A stretch of DNA of 64,000 nucleotides, taken from an uncultured delta proteobacterium (GTDB lineage Bacteria > Myxococcota_A > Polyangia > Polyangiales > Polyangiaceae). The stretch lies in assembly GCA_963716725.1 (NCBI GenBank), contig CAVQUB010000013.1:1-64000 (forward strand), read 5' to 3'. Positions 19,682 to 29,558 of this stretch are shown here, in pieces (position 1 is the first letter of the stretch; each line of letters starts with the position of its first letter). The position numbers and the translations under genes are program-made. The notes below the pieces were generated by a model, which had not been told where the DNA came from, did not search any database, and saw only the letters and a program-made list of their open reading frames with translations.

Positions 19682-21104
19682 CCAGAACCGGCGCATCCTC
19701 GACGGTTCCGTCCCGCTAGAAGTCGCACGCTTCGGCACCCCGCTGGCGCTCGGAATGGGGCTGCAGGTCACCTTCAACCTGGTCGACGCCTATTTGATCT
19801 CGCGCCTGCCCCACGAGGTGGCCGGCCCTGCCCTGGGCGCCATCGGAATTTGTGATCAGCTCGCGGCGCTCGGCACGATCGTCAGCTACGGGCTCAGCGT
19901 GGCAACGGGGGCCATCGTCAGCCGCAAGCAAGGCGCAGGTGACGGATCCGGAGTGCGGTCCACTGCGTGGCAATCGTTGCTCTTGGTGCTCGGTCTGAGC
20001 CTCGTGTTCGGCCTCGCTGGCATGCTGGGCGCGCGCTTCTTGATCGCAGACTTGGTGGGCGCCAAGGGCGACGTCGCCGAGCTTGGAGCGCACTACCTGA
20101 CGGTGATGTTGGGCGGGAGCTTCAGCATCTTCTTGCTCCTCCACCTCACGACCCTTCAGCGCGCCTTGGGCAGCAGCAAGACACCGGCGTCGCTCTTGGT
20201 CCTGGCCAACGTGTTGAACTTCGTGCTGGCGGTTCTGTTTGTGTACGGACCGGGGCAGGCCCCACCGGTGTTTTCGTGGGGACCGCCCATCGCGAGCGCC
20301 CTCGGAATTCCGCGCATGGAGCTGATGGGCGCGGCGTGGGCCACGGTCCTCGCGCGCATCTTGGTCTTGCTGCCCGTCTGGTGGCTCCTGACCCGCCGCT
20401 TCGGGCTCTTCCGGCTCGACTCGGTCCGCAAGCCGGACCTCCGCGCCCTGTCGTCGATCTGGCGAGTCGGCTGGCCCTCGAGTACGCAGCTGGTGGTGCG
20501 CATCGCGGCCATGCTGGTCATGCACTCTCTGGTCGCCCGCGCCTACACCACGCACAACGACCAATCAGCGACCACGGCCCTGGGCATCGTATTCCGCCTA
20601 GAGACCATGGCGCTCTTCGTCGGCCTCGGCTGGGGCAGCGCGGCCCAGACCTTCGTGGGTCAGAACCTGGGAGCCAACCGGCCCGAGCGCGCCGCGAACG
20701 CCGGCTGGTACGCCGCGCTCTACAACGCAGCCATGATGACGCTGTTGGCGCTGGCCTACCGAGCTTGGGGCCGCGACATCATCGGGTTCTTCGACCAGTC
20801 GCCCAGCGTCGTCGAGGTCGGAGTGAGCTACGTCAGCGCGGTGGGCTTCAGCTACGTGGCGCTCGGGATCGGCATCGTGCTTGGTGCTGCCATCCAGGGT
20901 GCCGGCGCGACCAAGCAGACGCTGGGGATCGACAGCGTCGTCGTGTTCGCCTTTCAGCTCCCGGTGGCCTACCTCGTGGTGTTCGGCCTGGGCGCTCCCC
21001 TCGAGCGCCTCTGGCAGGTCATCGCCTGGAGCTACGTCGCCTTCGCCGCGCTGTACGTCGGGAGCTATCGGCGCGGTTCGTTTCTGAGGACAGCGCTGCC
21101 GTGA
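19674..21104 (+). CDS. MATE family efflux transporter
   Basis: About 12 TM helices; RALGSSKTP, GAAWAT, FVGQNLGA. Confidence 0.92.
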   Translation: MTDQNRRILDGSVPLEVARFGTPLALGMGLQVTFNLVDAYLISRLPHEVAGPALGAIGICDQLAALGTIVSYGLSVATGAIVSRKQGAGDGSGVRSTAWQSLLLVLGLSLVFGLAGMLGARFLIADLVGAKGDVAELGAHYLTVMLGGSFSIFLLLHLTTLQRALGSSKTPASLLVLANVLNFVLAVLFVYGPGQAPPVFSWGPPIASALGIPRMELMGAAWATVLARILVLLPVWWLLTRRFGLFRLDSVRKPDLRALSSIWRVGWPSSTQLVVRIAAMLVMHSLVARAYTTHNDQSATTALGIVFRLETMALFVGLGWGSAAQTFVGQNLGANRPERAANAGWYAALYNAAMMTLLALAYRAWGRDIIGFFDQSPSVVEVGVSYVSAVGFSYVALGIGIVLGAAIQGAGATKQTLGIDSVVVFAFQLPVAYLVVFGLGAPLERLWQVIAWSYVAFAALYVGSYRRGSFLRTALP

Positions 21105-21222
21105 GCGCGCACTTTCGCCGCCTCGATCTGCGCCAACTGGCCTCGTTCACGAAGTTGACGCGTGGCCCCTGCGTCGACTCGATCGCGTCCGTGGCGGTCC
21201 CATGCAAGGCTGCTTCGCCAGC

Positions 21223-21645
21223 ATGATCCGACTGGAGCTACCCCAGCGCCGCTCGCGTCGGATCGCGCTCCTGTTGCTCTCCCTCGCCTTCGTGGCCGCC
21301 GGCAGCAACCACTTCGTGAATCCAGAGGTGTACCTGGCGATCATGCCGGACTACCTGCCAGCGCATCGGCTGCTCGTGGAGGCGAGCGGGGTGTGCGAGA
21401 TCCTGGGAGGCATCGGGGTGCTCCTGCCCCGCGTGCGCTCGCTCGCCGGCGTCGGCATCGTCGCGCTGCTCGTGGCTGTCTTCCCGGCCAACCTGCAGAT
21501 GGCGCTGCATCCGGAGCGCTTCCCCGATATCCCACCGGTGCTCACGCTCCTCCGGTTGCCTTTGCAGATCCCGCTATTGGCTTGGGCTTGGTGGGCCACG
21601 CGATCCGACGCGCCGGCTACCGGCAAAGCACCGGATTTGTCGTGA
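21223..21645 (+). CDS. DoxX-like membrane protein
   Basis: AGSNHF..P..Y..IMP, SGVCEILGG, VFPANLQMA, RLPLQ. Confidence 0.85.
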   Translation: MIRLELPQRRSRRIALLLLSLAFVAAGSNHFVNPEVYLAIMPDYLPAHRLLVEASGVCEILGGIGVLLPRVRSLAGVGIVALLVAVFPANLQMALHPERFPDIPPVLTLLRLPLQIPLLAWAWWATRSDAPATGKAPDLS

Positions 21646-21713
21646 GTCGTGACCCATCAGCCCACACGCCGTCTTGCGATCACCACCACTGAATCGTAGG
21701 CTCGCCGGCTGCC

Positions 21714-22697
21714 ATGTCGAATCACTGTGCCTCACTGCTGCCCTTCGCACTCGTGTCGATGCTCGCCGCCTGCGGTGGCGGGGCTGGCAAGATGTCCCTC
21801 AAAGACCCCGGTAAGGGGGGCGGGGCGCTGGAGCCGCGCTGCCGCGACGCGAGCGACGGGACAGAGCAGCTCACCGTCGGCTGGTCGCCGGAGGAACGCG
21901 CCAACTTGGAAGCGCAAGCCAGGGACGGCGTCGTGGTCGTGCGCTACGCGGACTGCGAGCTGTCGATCCTGCCCGATTGTCGGATCAAAGAGAAATACGT
22001 CTTCGAGCGTAGCAGGGTGAAAGAAGACCGGCTGAGCATCGACAACGATGGGCAACTCGAATCTCTGATGCCCGACCAAGCTCGGCGGCTGCGCGGCGAC
22101 ATGCTCGCAGGCGGGATCGTCATCCAAACCTCAACCATCGGCGGCTACTCAACCGCGCTCCCCTTCGTCGGAGAGCAGGATCTGATTGGAGCCTGCGCGG
22201 GCGCCACCCATTTCGTGGCGTCGATTGCCGTCGGGGCGTTCGAGATGGGCACCGGACCCGGGGCTCCCGGCAGCGCAGGTCCGAGCGCAGCGGAACCAAA
22301 CCCGCGTGGTCGCGTGCTGGCCAAGAGCGGTGACCGAGCGTCCTGCACCGAGCCGCCCGCGGATGCCGCGCGCCCGCCCGAACGCTGTTCCGACCTGCTT
22401 CGAGTCGAACTCGCCCCTATCGGCATGGCGCGCGCCCCCGAGCTGATCCATACGAACTCCCCGCCGAGGAGCGAGCCCGCGCCGGCGCCGCCGGCGACCG
22501 CCCCCGGCGTTCCGCCCGAAGGCAGCCTGGTCAGGGGCACCGGGACCGAGATCTTCGTGGTCGAAGCCGGCAAGCTCCGCCACATCCCCGACCCCGCGAC
22601 CTTCAACGCCATGGGCTACGACTGGGACCAAGTGACGTCGGTCACGGACGACGAGCTCTCGCGCATGCCGCGCGGCGAGCCCCTGCCCCGGCGTTGA
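21714..22697 (+). CDS. lipoprotein, hypothetical
   Basis: Lipobox LAAC; myxobacterial-type GVVVVRY..C...CAGATHFV domain; C-terminal RHIPDP.TF.AMGYDW motif. Confidence 0.7.
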   Translation: MSNHCASLLPFALVSMLAACGGGAGKMSLKDPGKGGGALEPRCRDASDGTEQLTVGWSPEERANLEAQARDGVVVVRYADCELSILPDCRIKEKYVFERSRVKEDRLSIDNDGQLESLMPDQARRLRGDMLAGGIVIQTSTIGGYSTALPFVGEQDLIGACAGATHFVASIAVGAFEMGTGPGAPGSAGPSAAEPNPRGRVLAKSGDRASCTEPPADAARPPERCSDLLRVELAPIGMARAPELIHTNSPPRSEPAPAPPATAPGVPPEGSLVRGTGTEIFVVEAGKLRHIPDPATFNAMGYDWDQVTSVTDDELSRMPRGEPLPRR

Positions 22698-22729
22698 GGC
22701 GGCGGTTCGCGAAGCTCGGATACGTCAGC

Positions 22730-24340
22730 CTACCGCCCATGACCCCGGCCGAGGATCCGCGGCCAGGCCTGCTCGACGCTCCAGTCTTTCCCGACGTGAG
22801 GCGGGTGGTGGCACTCCGACGCGCAGAGTGATTTGGGTGGCGAGCGGAGGATCAGCGTCTTGTCGTTCGGTGACTCGGCGTGACGCGAGGCCGGTCCGTG
22901 GCAGATCTCGCACTGGATATCGGTGAGCCCCTCCACGTGGGTGACCGTCGAACCTCCGGGTTTGTCGTAGCCCGTGACGTGACAGCCCACGCAGTCGAGG
23001 TTGAACTGTTTCTCGTCGCGGACCAGTGGAGCGTACGCCCGCGAGTGCGGCGTGCTCTTCCAGGATTTGTGCTCCTCACCGTGGCAGGTGACGCACTTGT
23101 CGACGCCGAGGTAGCCGCTCTTCCCGGCCGCGACCGGCGCCGGCTTCCGATCGGCAAAGGCCGTTCGATTGTGATCGTTGACTCGCTTGTAATAGGACTT
23201 CAGGCGGGCGCTGACCGCCGCATCCGCGCCCAATCCTTCCCGCACCAGCTCCAGCTCGTAGCGGAAGAAGCTTCCCTCGGGCGGGGGCTCCGCCACGCCG
23301 AGCTGATCGATCTCCCGCTTCACGGCGTCGCGATCCTTGCGGCGCGCCTCCAGGTCCTCGGCGCGTACCGTGCTGCCGGGTTTCTCGGCGCTCAGCAGCA
23401 GTCGCTCCAGTTCTTCGAGCCGCCGGCGCAGCGTGTCTCGCTTCTCGGCCCGCGCCAGACCCGAGCCGTCTTTGAAGCGGGTCTCCCCTGCCCGCACGAA
23501 CAGATCGACGACAGCGATCCCCTGGAGATGGTTCGGAGTCTGCACCACCAACGTTTCGCCAACCAGAGCCGGAGGCGTCGGCGCGTCGTTCACGTCGCCC
23601 CGATCCACGGCTTTGCCCACAACGACCAGCTGATAGCCGGAGACGGAGTCGATCATTCGCATCGCGTCGCCGCGCGGCATCGCGACCATGGCGATCCTGA
23701 TGCGGACCCCTTGGGCCTCGAGCTCGTTCTTGGCCTCTTCGAGGGCGGCTCGCGCGTCGCCGAGCTCGACACCCGTCGGCGTGCCGCCCGCTTCCAACGG
23801 CACCGACACTCCCACGATGCCAATCTTGTGGCCCTGAGCCTCGACGATCTTGAAGCGCTGGGCGCCGACCGATTGCCCGCCGAGGTTCGCCGCGACGAGT
23901 GCGGCTCCGGTGCTCTTGTTCAGCCGGGCGAGCTCGACCGCTCCCGCCGCCCAGTCGTTTGCTCCGGGAGTCCACGCGGTCAGCTTCGCGTCCGCCAGCG
24001 ATGCCGCGATGGCCTCCGCCTTCCACAGCGACTGGGCGCGTTGGTCGGATTTCAGCGCGGTGTCCATGAAGAGCGTCGGACCGGAGGCGAGCAAGATGGA
24101 CGACGACGCCGAATCCCGGCGACTCTGCACAAAGGCCGCCGCGTGATCGATTCCGCCGAGCATGTCTTTCACGCAACCGCAGGGCTCGAGGGCGCCAGCC
24201 AGGTTGCTGACCACGAACACCCGCACCGTGGGCGTGCTGGGCGGGCTCGCGGGAGTCGCCGGCGCGCGCTTGCACGAGGCCGACGCGAGGCAGGTCGCCC
24301 CCGCGATCAGGACCTGGGCAAGGAGGTTCGGCACTCGCAT
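22730..24340 (-). CDS. 5'-nucleotidase(UshA)-like domain fused to multiheme cytochrome c (c554-like)
   Basis: LEPCGC...GGI, PGANDW, VAANL, KIGIVG; heme motifs CVTCH, CVGCH, CEICH and atypical CASECH. Confidence 0.85.
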   Translation of the reverse strand: MRVPNLLAQVLIAGATCLASASCKRAPATPASPPSTPTVRVFVVSNLAGALEPCGCVKDMLGGIDHAAAFVQSRRDSASSSILLASGPTLFMDTALKSDQRAQSLWKAEAIAASLADAKLTAWTPGANDWAAGAVELARLNKSTGAALVAANLGGQSVGAQRFKIVEAQGHKIGIVGVSVPLEAGGTPTGVELGDARAALEEAKNELEAQGVRIRIAMVAMPRGDAMRMIDSVSGYQLVVVGKAVDRGDVNDAPTPPALVGETLVVQTPNHLQGIAVVDLFVRAGETRFKDGSGLARAEKRDTLRRRLEELERLLLSAEKPGSTVRAEDLEARRKDRDAVKREIDQLGVAEPPPEGSFFRYELELVREGLGADAAVSARLKSYYKRVNDHNRTAFADRKPAPVAAGKSGYLGVDKCVTCHGEEHKSWKSTPHSRAYAPLVRDEKQFNLDCVGCHVTGYDKPGGSTVTHVEGLTDIQCEICHGPASRHAESPNDKTLILRSPPKSLCASECHHPPHVGKDWSVEQAWPRILGRGHGR

Positions 24341-24459
24341 CGTCGGCGATCTCTAGCGCAGAATCCGCCGGATTTCAGGCAGAGAAAGCCCGCCACGGCC
24401 TCGGGCACAAAGCTCGGTAGCCGCCCTGGCCCACCGGACGGCATAATGGACCGACGAGC

Positions 24460-26523
24460 ATGAGCAGGGATACGAAAGAACCTGCCACGCCCTTCGGCCC
24501 CTTTGTGCTCGAGCGGCGCCTTGCCGTCGGCGGCAGTGCCGAGGTGTTCCTGGCGCGGCCCAAGACGGGGATCGTTCCAGCGCCCAAGTTGGTCGTCAAG
24601 CGCCTGCTGTCCGATCGTACCGAGGACCAGTTCGACGTGCTCAGCCACGAGGCCGAACTCAACCGCGCCATCACCCACGCCAACGTCGTGACCGTCTTCG
24701 GCGCCGGGATGGTCGGACGCGAACCCTACCTGGCCATGGAGTACGTCGAGGGCGTCGACCTGTATCGACTGCTTCGGCACGCCGAGACCGAGCAACGCAG
24801 GCTCCCCCTCGGCGTCGCCGTCTACATCACGCGCAGCATGGCGGCTGCCCTCGCCGCCGTGCACGCCGCCTGCAGCGCGGAAGGCCTCCCCCTCAAGATC
24901 GTGCACCGTGACGTGACACCGTCCAACGTCTATCTGTCGATCGACGGCGCCGCGAAGCTCGGGGACTTCGGCATCGCGCGGGTGAGTGAGCAGGTACGCC
25001 CCCCGTCGGAAGACGCGGGGCTCAAGGGCAAGTTTGGTTACCTCGCCCCCGAGCAGATCGCGGGCGAGCCTTTCGACCACCGCGCGGATCTTTTTGGGCT
25101 CGCCGCCATCTTGGGCGAAATGCTCCTCGGCGAGCGTCTGTTCCCGGGGAGCGGACAGCTCGCCGTGTTGCTCGCGATCCGCGACGCCAACATCGAGCTG
25201 CTCCGGGCCCAGGCGGCGCGGATGCCACCGGGGTTCTTCGCCATCTGTGAGCAGGCCCTGGCTCGCGCGCCGAACGACCGATTCCAGTCCGCCGACGAGC
25301 TGTCGACCGCTCTCGCCCCCTTCGACGATGCCTCGGCGCGGGGCCAGCTCGCGGAGTTGGTACGCGAAGCCTCGGACTCGAAGCAGATGGCGCGACAGAT
25401 CAAGGACAGCGTCGATCGCATGCGGGCCGTGGCGCACCGATTCACACCGAGCCCGGCTGCCCCGGAGTCCGTTCCGCCGATGGCGCAGTCGCGCCGGACC
25501 GCGCCGGCCGGCCCTCGCGCGAGGGCTGGGCTCCCAGCGCCGGACGCCTCGCCAGAATTGGAGATCGCGCAGGTGCGGCGCACGGACGGCCGTATGCTCG
25601 ACGGCATCGGCCTGCCGCGCCTGCTCGAGCTGGTCGCCACCGGCGAGCTGTTGGGCGACGACGAAGTCGCGTTCGGCAGCGGCGCTTTCGGGAAGATCCG
25701 CGATCACGGCGAGCTCGCGCGACACCTCTTGCCGTCAACCACCCAGACCACGCGCGACCTGCACGCTCCCGGCGCGCCGGACTACCGCGTGCTGCTCAGC
25801 GACACGCCGATGATGGAGGTGCTCGCGCAGATGCGACGTGAACGCGAGAGCGGAGCGTTGTTCGTCGAACGCGCCGACCGGACCGGCGCGCCTCAACGCA
25901 AGGAGCTCTACCTTCGGAGCGGGCGACTGCATCACGTCGCCTCCACCGACAGGAGTGAGCTGCTCGGCGAGTACTTGGTTCGGCGCCACGCGATCTCGCG
26001 CGAGCAACTCGACAGCGCTCTGGCTTCGCTGTCGCGCTTCGGCGGCCGCCTCGGCGACACGGTCGTGGGCTTGGGCTTTGTCCAGGCCATGGACGTGTTT
26101 CGCGCGATCCGCGATCAGGGCCGCGACCGCGTGGCCGCGCTTTGCGGCTGGAAGCGCGGGTCGGTGGTGTTCTATCGGGCGACGGACTCCGGCCGCGTCG
26201 AGTTCCCGCTGGACTTGGATCTGGCCAGCCCGATGATGGCCGGCTCCATCGTGCAGTCGGGCGGCGATCCGCGGGTGCTGCTGCCGGACTTCGAGGCGCC
26301 GCTCTCTCCCGGCCCGCGCCACTACGCCGCCTTCGACCCGGGAGAGATCGGAACTGCTCCGGTCAGCCTGCGCATGCTGCCCGCGCTGGCGACGGAACGC
26401 ATGACACTCGGCAAAGCAGTCCAACACGTCACGACGCCCCGACCCTCTGAGCGCAAAGTTGGCGACAAAGAAGCCTACGCGGCCCTGGTCGCCGCCAAGG
26501 TGCTGGGCTGGGTGGACTACTGA
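24460..26523 (+). CDS. Ser/Thr protein kinase with C-terminal DUF4388-like domain
   Basis: GGSAEVF, VVK, HRDVTPSN, DFG, GKFGYLAPE; SELLGEYLV and RLGD repeats. Confidence 0.92.
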   Translation: MSRDTKEPATPFGPFVLERRLAVGGSAEVFLARPKTGIVPAPKLVVKRLLSDRTEDQFDVLSHEAELNRAITHANVVTVFGAGMVGREPYLAMEYVEGVDLYRLLRHAETEQRRLPLGVAVYITRSMAAALAAVHAACSAEGLPLKIVHRDVTPSNVYLSIDGAAKLGDFGIARVSEQVRPPSEDAGLKGKFGYLAPEQIAGEPFDHRADLFGLAAILGEMLLGERLFPGSGQLAVLLAIRDANIELLRAQAARMPPGFFAICEQALARAPNDRFQSADELSTALAPFDDASARGQLAELVREASDSKQMARQIKDSVDRMRAVAHRFTPSPAAPESVPPMAQSRRTAPAGPRARAGLPAPDASPELEIAQVRRTDGRMLDGIGLPRLLELVATGELLGDDEVAFGSGAFGKIRDHGELARHLLPSTTQTTRDLHAPGAPDYRVLLSDTPMMEVLAQMRRERESGALFVERADRTGAPQRKELYLRSGRLHHVASTDRSELLGEYLVRRHAISREQLDSALASLSRFGGRLGDTVVGLGFVQAMDVFRAIRDQGRDRVAALCGWKRGSVVFYRATDSGRVEFPLDLDLASPMMAGSIVQSGGDPRVLLPDFEAPLSPGPRHYAAFDPGEIGTAPVSLRMLPALATERMTLGKAVQHVTTPRPSERKVGDKEAYAALVAAKVLGWVDY

Positions 26524-26703
26524 AGGTCTGTCGAAGAATGGCGGAGCGCAAGCCGGCGGAGCCGGCCCACACCCGTCGGCCCGTCGGGTGTCACGCAGCG
26601 CGTCGCGTGGGGTGGGGCCCCAACGAATTCACTTCGGTGGGGCGGGGAGGCGCGTGCCTCCCCGATGACAAAGTGAAAGAGCTGTCGAATTTTCGACAGC
26701 TCT
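26524..26703. mobile_element. MITE/REP-like hairpin element
   Basis: Imperfect TIRs AGGTCTGTCGAAGAAT / rc AGAGCTGTCGAAAATT, flanked by TGA on both sides; internal hairpins CCCCAACGAA..TTCGGTGGGG and CGGGGAGGC..GCCTCCCCG; 13-bp IR at 26677-26704. Confidence 0.6.
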
Positions 26704-26707
26704 TGAG

Positions 26708-28171
26708 TCAGGGGCCCGGGGCGAAGGGCAAGATCGTCTTGAGATCGTCGTCGTTGAACTTGAGCTGCAGGCCGATGAAGTAGTCCCGACGCCCTGCACT
26801 CAGGATGTCGTCGATGCCGGCGAGCAGCCACAGGCGGCTCACGAACTCGTAGCCCAGCGAGATGCGCCAGCGCGGCAATACGACCTCGCCGAAGCCGAAG
26901 AGATCCTGCCGTACCTCGAAGCGATCGTCGAAGAGCAAGGTGTCGAGGCCGACGCCGCCGGTCGACTCTTTGATCCCGAAGCGCCCGACGAAGGGGCCCA
27001 CCCGCTGGGCAAACTGGAGCGAGAACCGAAACGAGTTGGTGGTGACGGTGCGCACTTCGCGATAGTGCGGCGGGTCGTTGGGGTTGGTGGTGTCGACGTC
27101 GATCTGCTCGAAGCGCGTCAGTCCGCGGGGGTCGTTCACCACCTCGATCGAGTAGTATTTGTCCTCGCGGGGCTGGAGGCGAAGCTCGACGTAGCTCTTC
27201 ACCGTGCTGGCCAAGAACTGGTAGTCCGTGCGCAGTGCGACGATGGTCTGCAGTCGGTTCAGTCCGCCCACGAACTCGCCGACGTTCTCGGCCACGCCCT
27301 CGACTTCGTCGATCAGCTTCTCGTCCTTGCTCAGGCGACCCAGCGTGCCCTCGCCGCGCTCGAGCCGTCCGGTGGTCTTTTCGAGGTTCGAGAGGGTCTT
27401 CTCTAGATCCCCGCTGGCTCGGTTCACACGCTCGATGACCTGCCGCACTTCGCCCGGCGAACCCCCGGCCGCTTCGCCCTTCTGCAACAGTTCCCGGACG
27501 TCTTTGGTCGCGACCCGGACGTTCTCGAGGATCCGATCGACCTCGGGCTCGCCCTTGGCCGTGATGCGCTCGACGTTGTTCAGGATGCTCTTGATGCTAC
27601 CGCGGTTCTCCCGAACGGTCTGATTGAGCGCCTCGGTGACGTCCGCCAAATTCTGGAGCGTGTCCTTGAGGTTCGCTTCGCCCTTCTCGCTGCCGATGGA
27701 TCCAGCGAGGCTATCGGCGATCTTCTTCACCTGCTTGGTGATGTCTGCGACGTCTTTCAGGATTTGGTCGGTGGTCGCTGCTTCGACGACGGCGTGGATG
27801 CGGTCGCCGTTCTGAAGCTGCGGCTTGCCTTCGGTGCCCGGCGCAACGGCGAGGAAGTACTCGCCGAGCAGGCTCGAGCTCACCTTCGCGACTGCTGCGT
27901 CTTCGTAGAGCGGCACGTCTGCGCGAATGCGGATGTCGATGCGGGCCTTGCCGTCTTGCAGCCGGATGCTCTCGACCTGCCCAATGGGAATGCCGGCGAC
28001 CTTGACCTGCGAGTTCTTCGGCACCCCGGTGGCGTCCGAGAGAAGCGCCCAGACGACGTAGCCCCCCGTGCCTGCGGCCTGCTTGCTGACGAAGCGATAG
28101 ATGAACACGCTCGCGACCACAGTCAGGATCGCGAACAGGCCCACCTTCGCCGCTGTAGAAATCCGGTTCAT
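26708..28171 (-). CDS. MlaD/MCE family protein
   Basis: N-terminal TM (AAKVGLF), DATG...SQVKVAGIPIGQV, SLLGEYFL, long helical region, GTLGRL. Confidence 0.9.
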   Translation of the reverse strand: MNRISTAAKVGLFAILTVVASVFIYRFVSKQAAGTGGYVVWALLSDATGVPKNSQVKVAGIPIGQVESIRLQDGKARIDIRIRADVPLYEDAAVAKVSSSLLGEYFLAVAPGTEGKPQLQNGDRIHAVVEAATTDQILKDVADITKQVKKIADSLAGSIGSEKGEANLKDTLQNLADVTEALNQTVRENRGSIKSILNNVERITAKGEPEVDRILENVRVATKDVRELLQKGEAAGGSPGEVRQVIERVNRASGDLEKTLSNLEKTTGRLERGEGTLGRLSKDEKLIDEVEGVAENVGEFVGGLNRLQTIVALRTDYQFLASTVKSYVELRLQPREDKYYSIEVVNDPRGLTRFEQIDVDTTNPNDPPHYREVRTVTTNSFRFSLQFAQRVGPFVGRFGIKESTGGVGLDTLLFDDRFEVRQDLFGFGEVVLPRWRISLGYEFVSRLWLLAGIDDILSAGRRDYFIGLQLKFNDDDLKTILPFAPGP

Positions 28172-28272
28172 GCGCGCCCGGGCACTGGGCAGACTACCAG
28201 CGGCGCTCGCCGAGGTCGACTTCACGGCAAAATTCGCGAGGATCCACTGAGCTTTTGCTACGCTGACCGGCG

Positions 28273-29475
28273 GTGCGCTCGACCCTGCTCCTCTCCCTGA
28301 CGCTGGCGGGCTGCACCCCCGCCGATCCGGCGCTGCCGCCGGCAAGGGCACCAGCAGCGGGCAGCGCAGGTGCGCCCGACGCCGCGGCCCCGACCCCCGG
28401 GGGCCTGCCGTGGCAGGCGGCGACTCGGTCTCCTGAACCGAGCTCCGCAAAGGGCCTGGCGCGCGCGTTGGCGGGAGCCTGCGCCCGGGGCGATGCGGCG
28501 CTCGATCGCGTGGCCGCTCGCCTGGCCACGCGCATGGATACCGGCAACTTGGAGCCCGCCGAGCTCGCCTTCGAGCTGCGCGCCGCGGGGTCGCCCCACG
28601 TCTGGCCGCGCGCGTGGTCCTACGCGGGTCCGACCCTCGAAACGAAGGACGCGCTCCAACGCGCCGAGCGCTGGCTCGCTGGATTCGGCGACGGCGGGGT
28701 GCGCGCCTGCGGGGCGGCGCACGTGAAGAGCCCTGACCACGAGTCCGTGACCCTGGTGGCCGTGGACGCCCTGGCGGATCTCGAACGCTTGCCGATCTCG
28801 GCGCGCCCGGGCCAGTGGCTCGACGTCACCGCGAACATGCTGGTCGCGACCCGCGACGCGAAGGTCGTGGTTCTCGGCCCCCGCGGCGCGCCCCGAGCGA
28901 TCCCCACCTCGCTAGACGGGGGCATCGTCCGGGCGCGCTTTGCCCCGAACAGCCCCGGCACTTGGCTCGTGCAAGTGCTCGCGGACGTCGACAAGGGACC
29001 CCGTCCAGTGCTGGAGGCCTACGTGCACGCAGGCACGAGTCCCCCCTCCGCGTTCGCTTCGAGCCGGGCTCCCGGCGAGGACGCCGGCGAGGGCGCGAAT
29101 GAACCCGGCGCAGCGCTCTTGGCCATGATCAATGCCGCGCGCCACCGGGAGGGGCTCGGCGCCCTGGTCCGAAGCGATGAGCTCGATCGGGTGGCGCTGG
29201 TGCACTCCGAAGCGATGCGCGACGCGCGGAGCCTGGGACACGACGTCGGCAAGGGCACCGTCAAGCTGCGACTCGAGTCGGCCGGCCTCGAGCCACGGGC
29301 TTTCGGAGAGAATGTGGCCCGAGCGGCCAACGCCGCGCGCGCGCATCGAGCGATCTGGGCGAGTCCTTCCCACCGCGGCAACCTTCTCGAGCAGCGCTAC
29401 GACTCGGTGGGGATCGCCGCCGTGGCAGGCCCCGACGGCATCTGGGTGACCGAGGTCTTCGCCGACATGCGCTGA
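28273..29475 (+). CDS. CAP (SCP) domain lipoprotein
   Basis: Lipobox LAGC; INAAR...HSEAM...GENVA...SPSHRGNLL. Confidence 0.88.
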   Translation: MRSTLLLSLTLAGCTPADPALPPARAPAAGSAGAPDAAAPTPGGLPWQAATRSPEPSSAKGLARALAGACARGDAALDRVAARLATRMDTGNLEPAELAFELRAAGSPHVWPRAWSYAGPTLETKDALQRAERWLAGFGDGGVRACGAAHVKSPDHESVTLVAVDALADLERLPISARPGQWLDVTANMLVATRDAKVVVLGPRGAPRAIPTSLDGGIVRARFAPNSPGTWLVQVLADVDKGPRPVLEAYVHAGTSPPSAFASSRAPGEDAGEGANEPGAALLAMINAARHREGLGALVRSDELDRVALVHSEAMRDARSLGHDVGKGTVKLRLESAGLEPRAFGENVARAANAARAHRAIWASPSHRGNLLEQRYDSVGIAAVAGPDGIWVTEVFADMR

Positions 29476-29558
29476 CTCCAGACCCCGAAGATCAACGGGA
29501 CCGGGTGTTTCTGGCTTTCAATGCCGGAGGCGGCGGGGTAGCTTCCCGCGGGGTTTGC

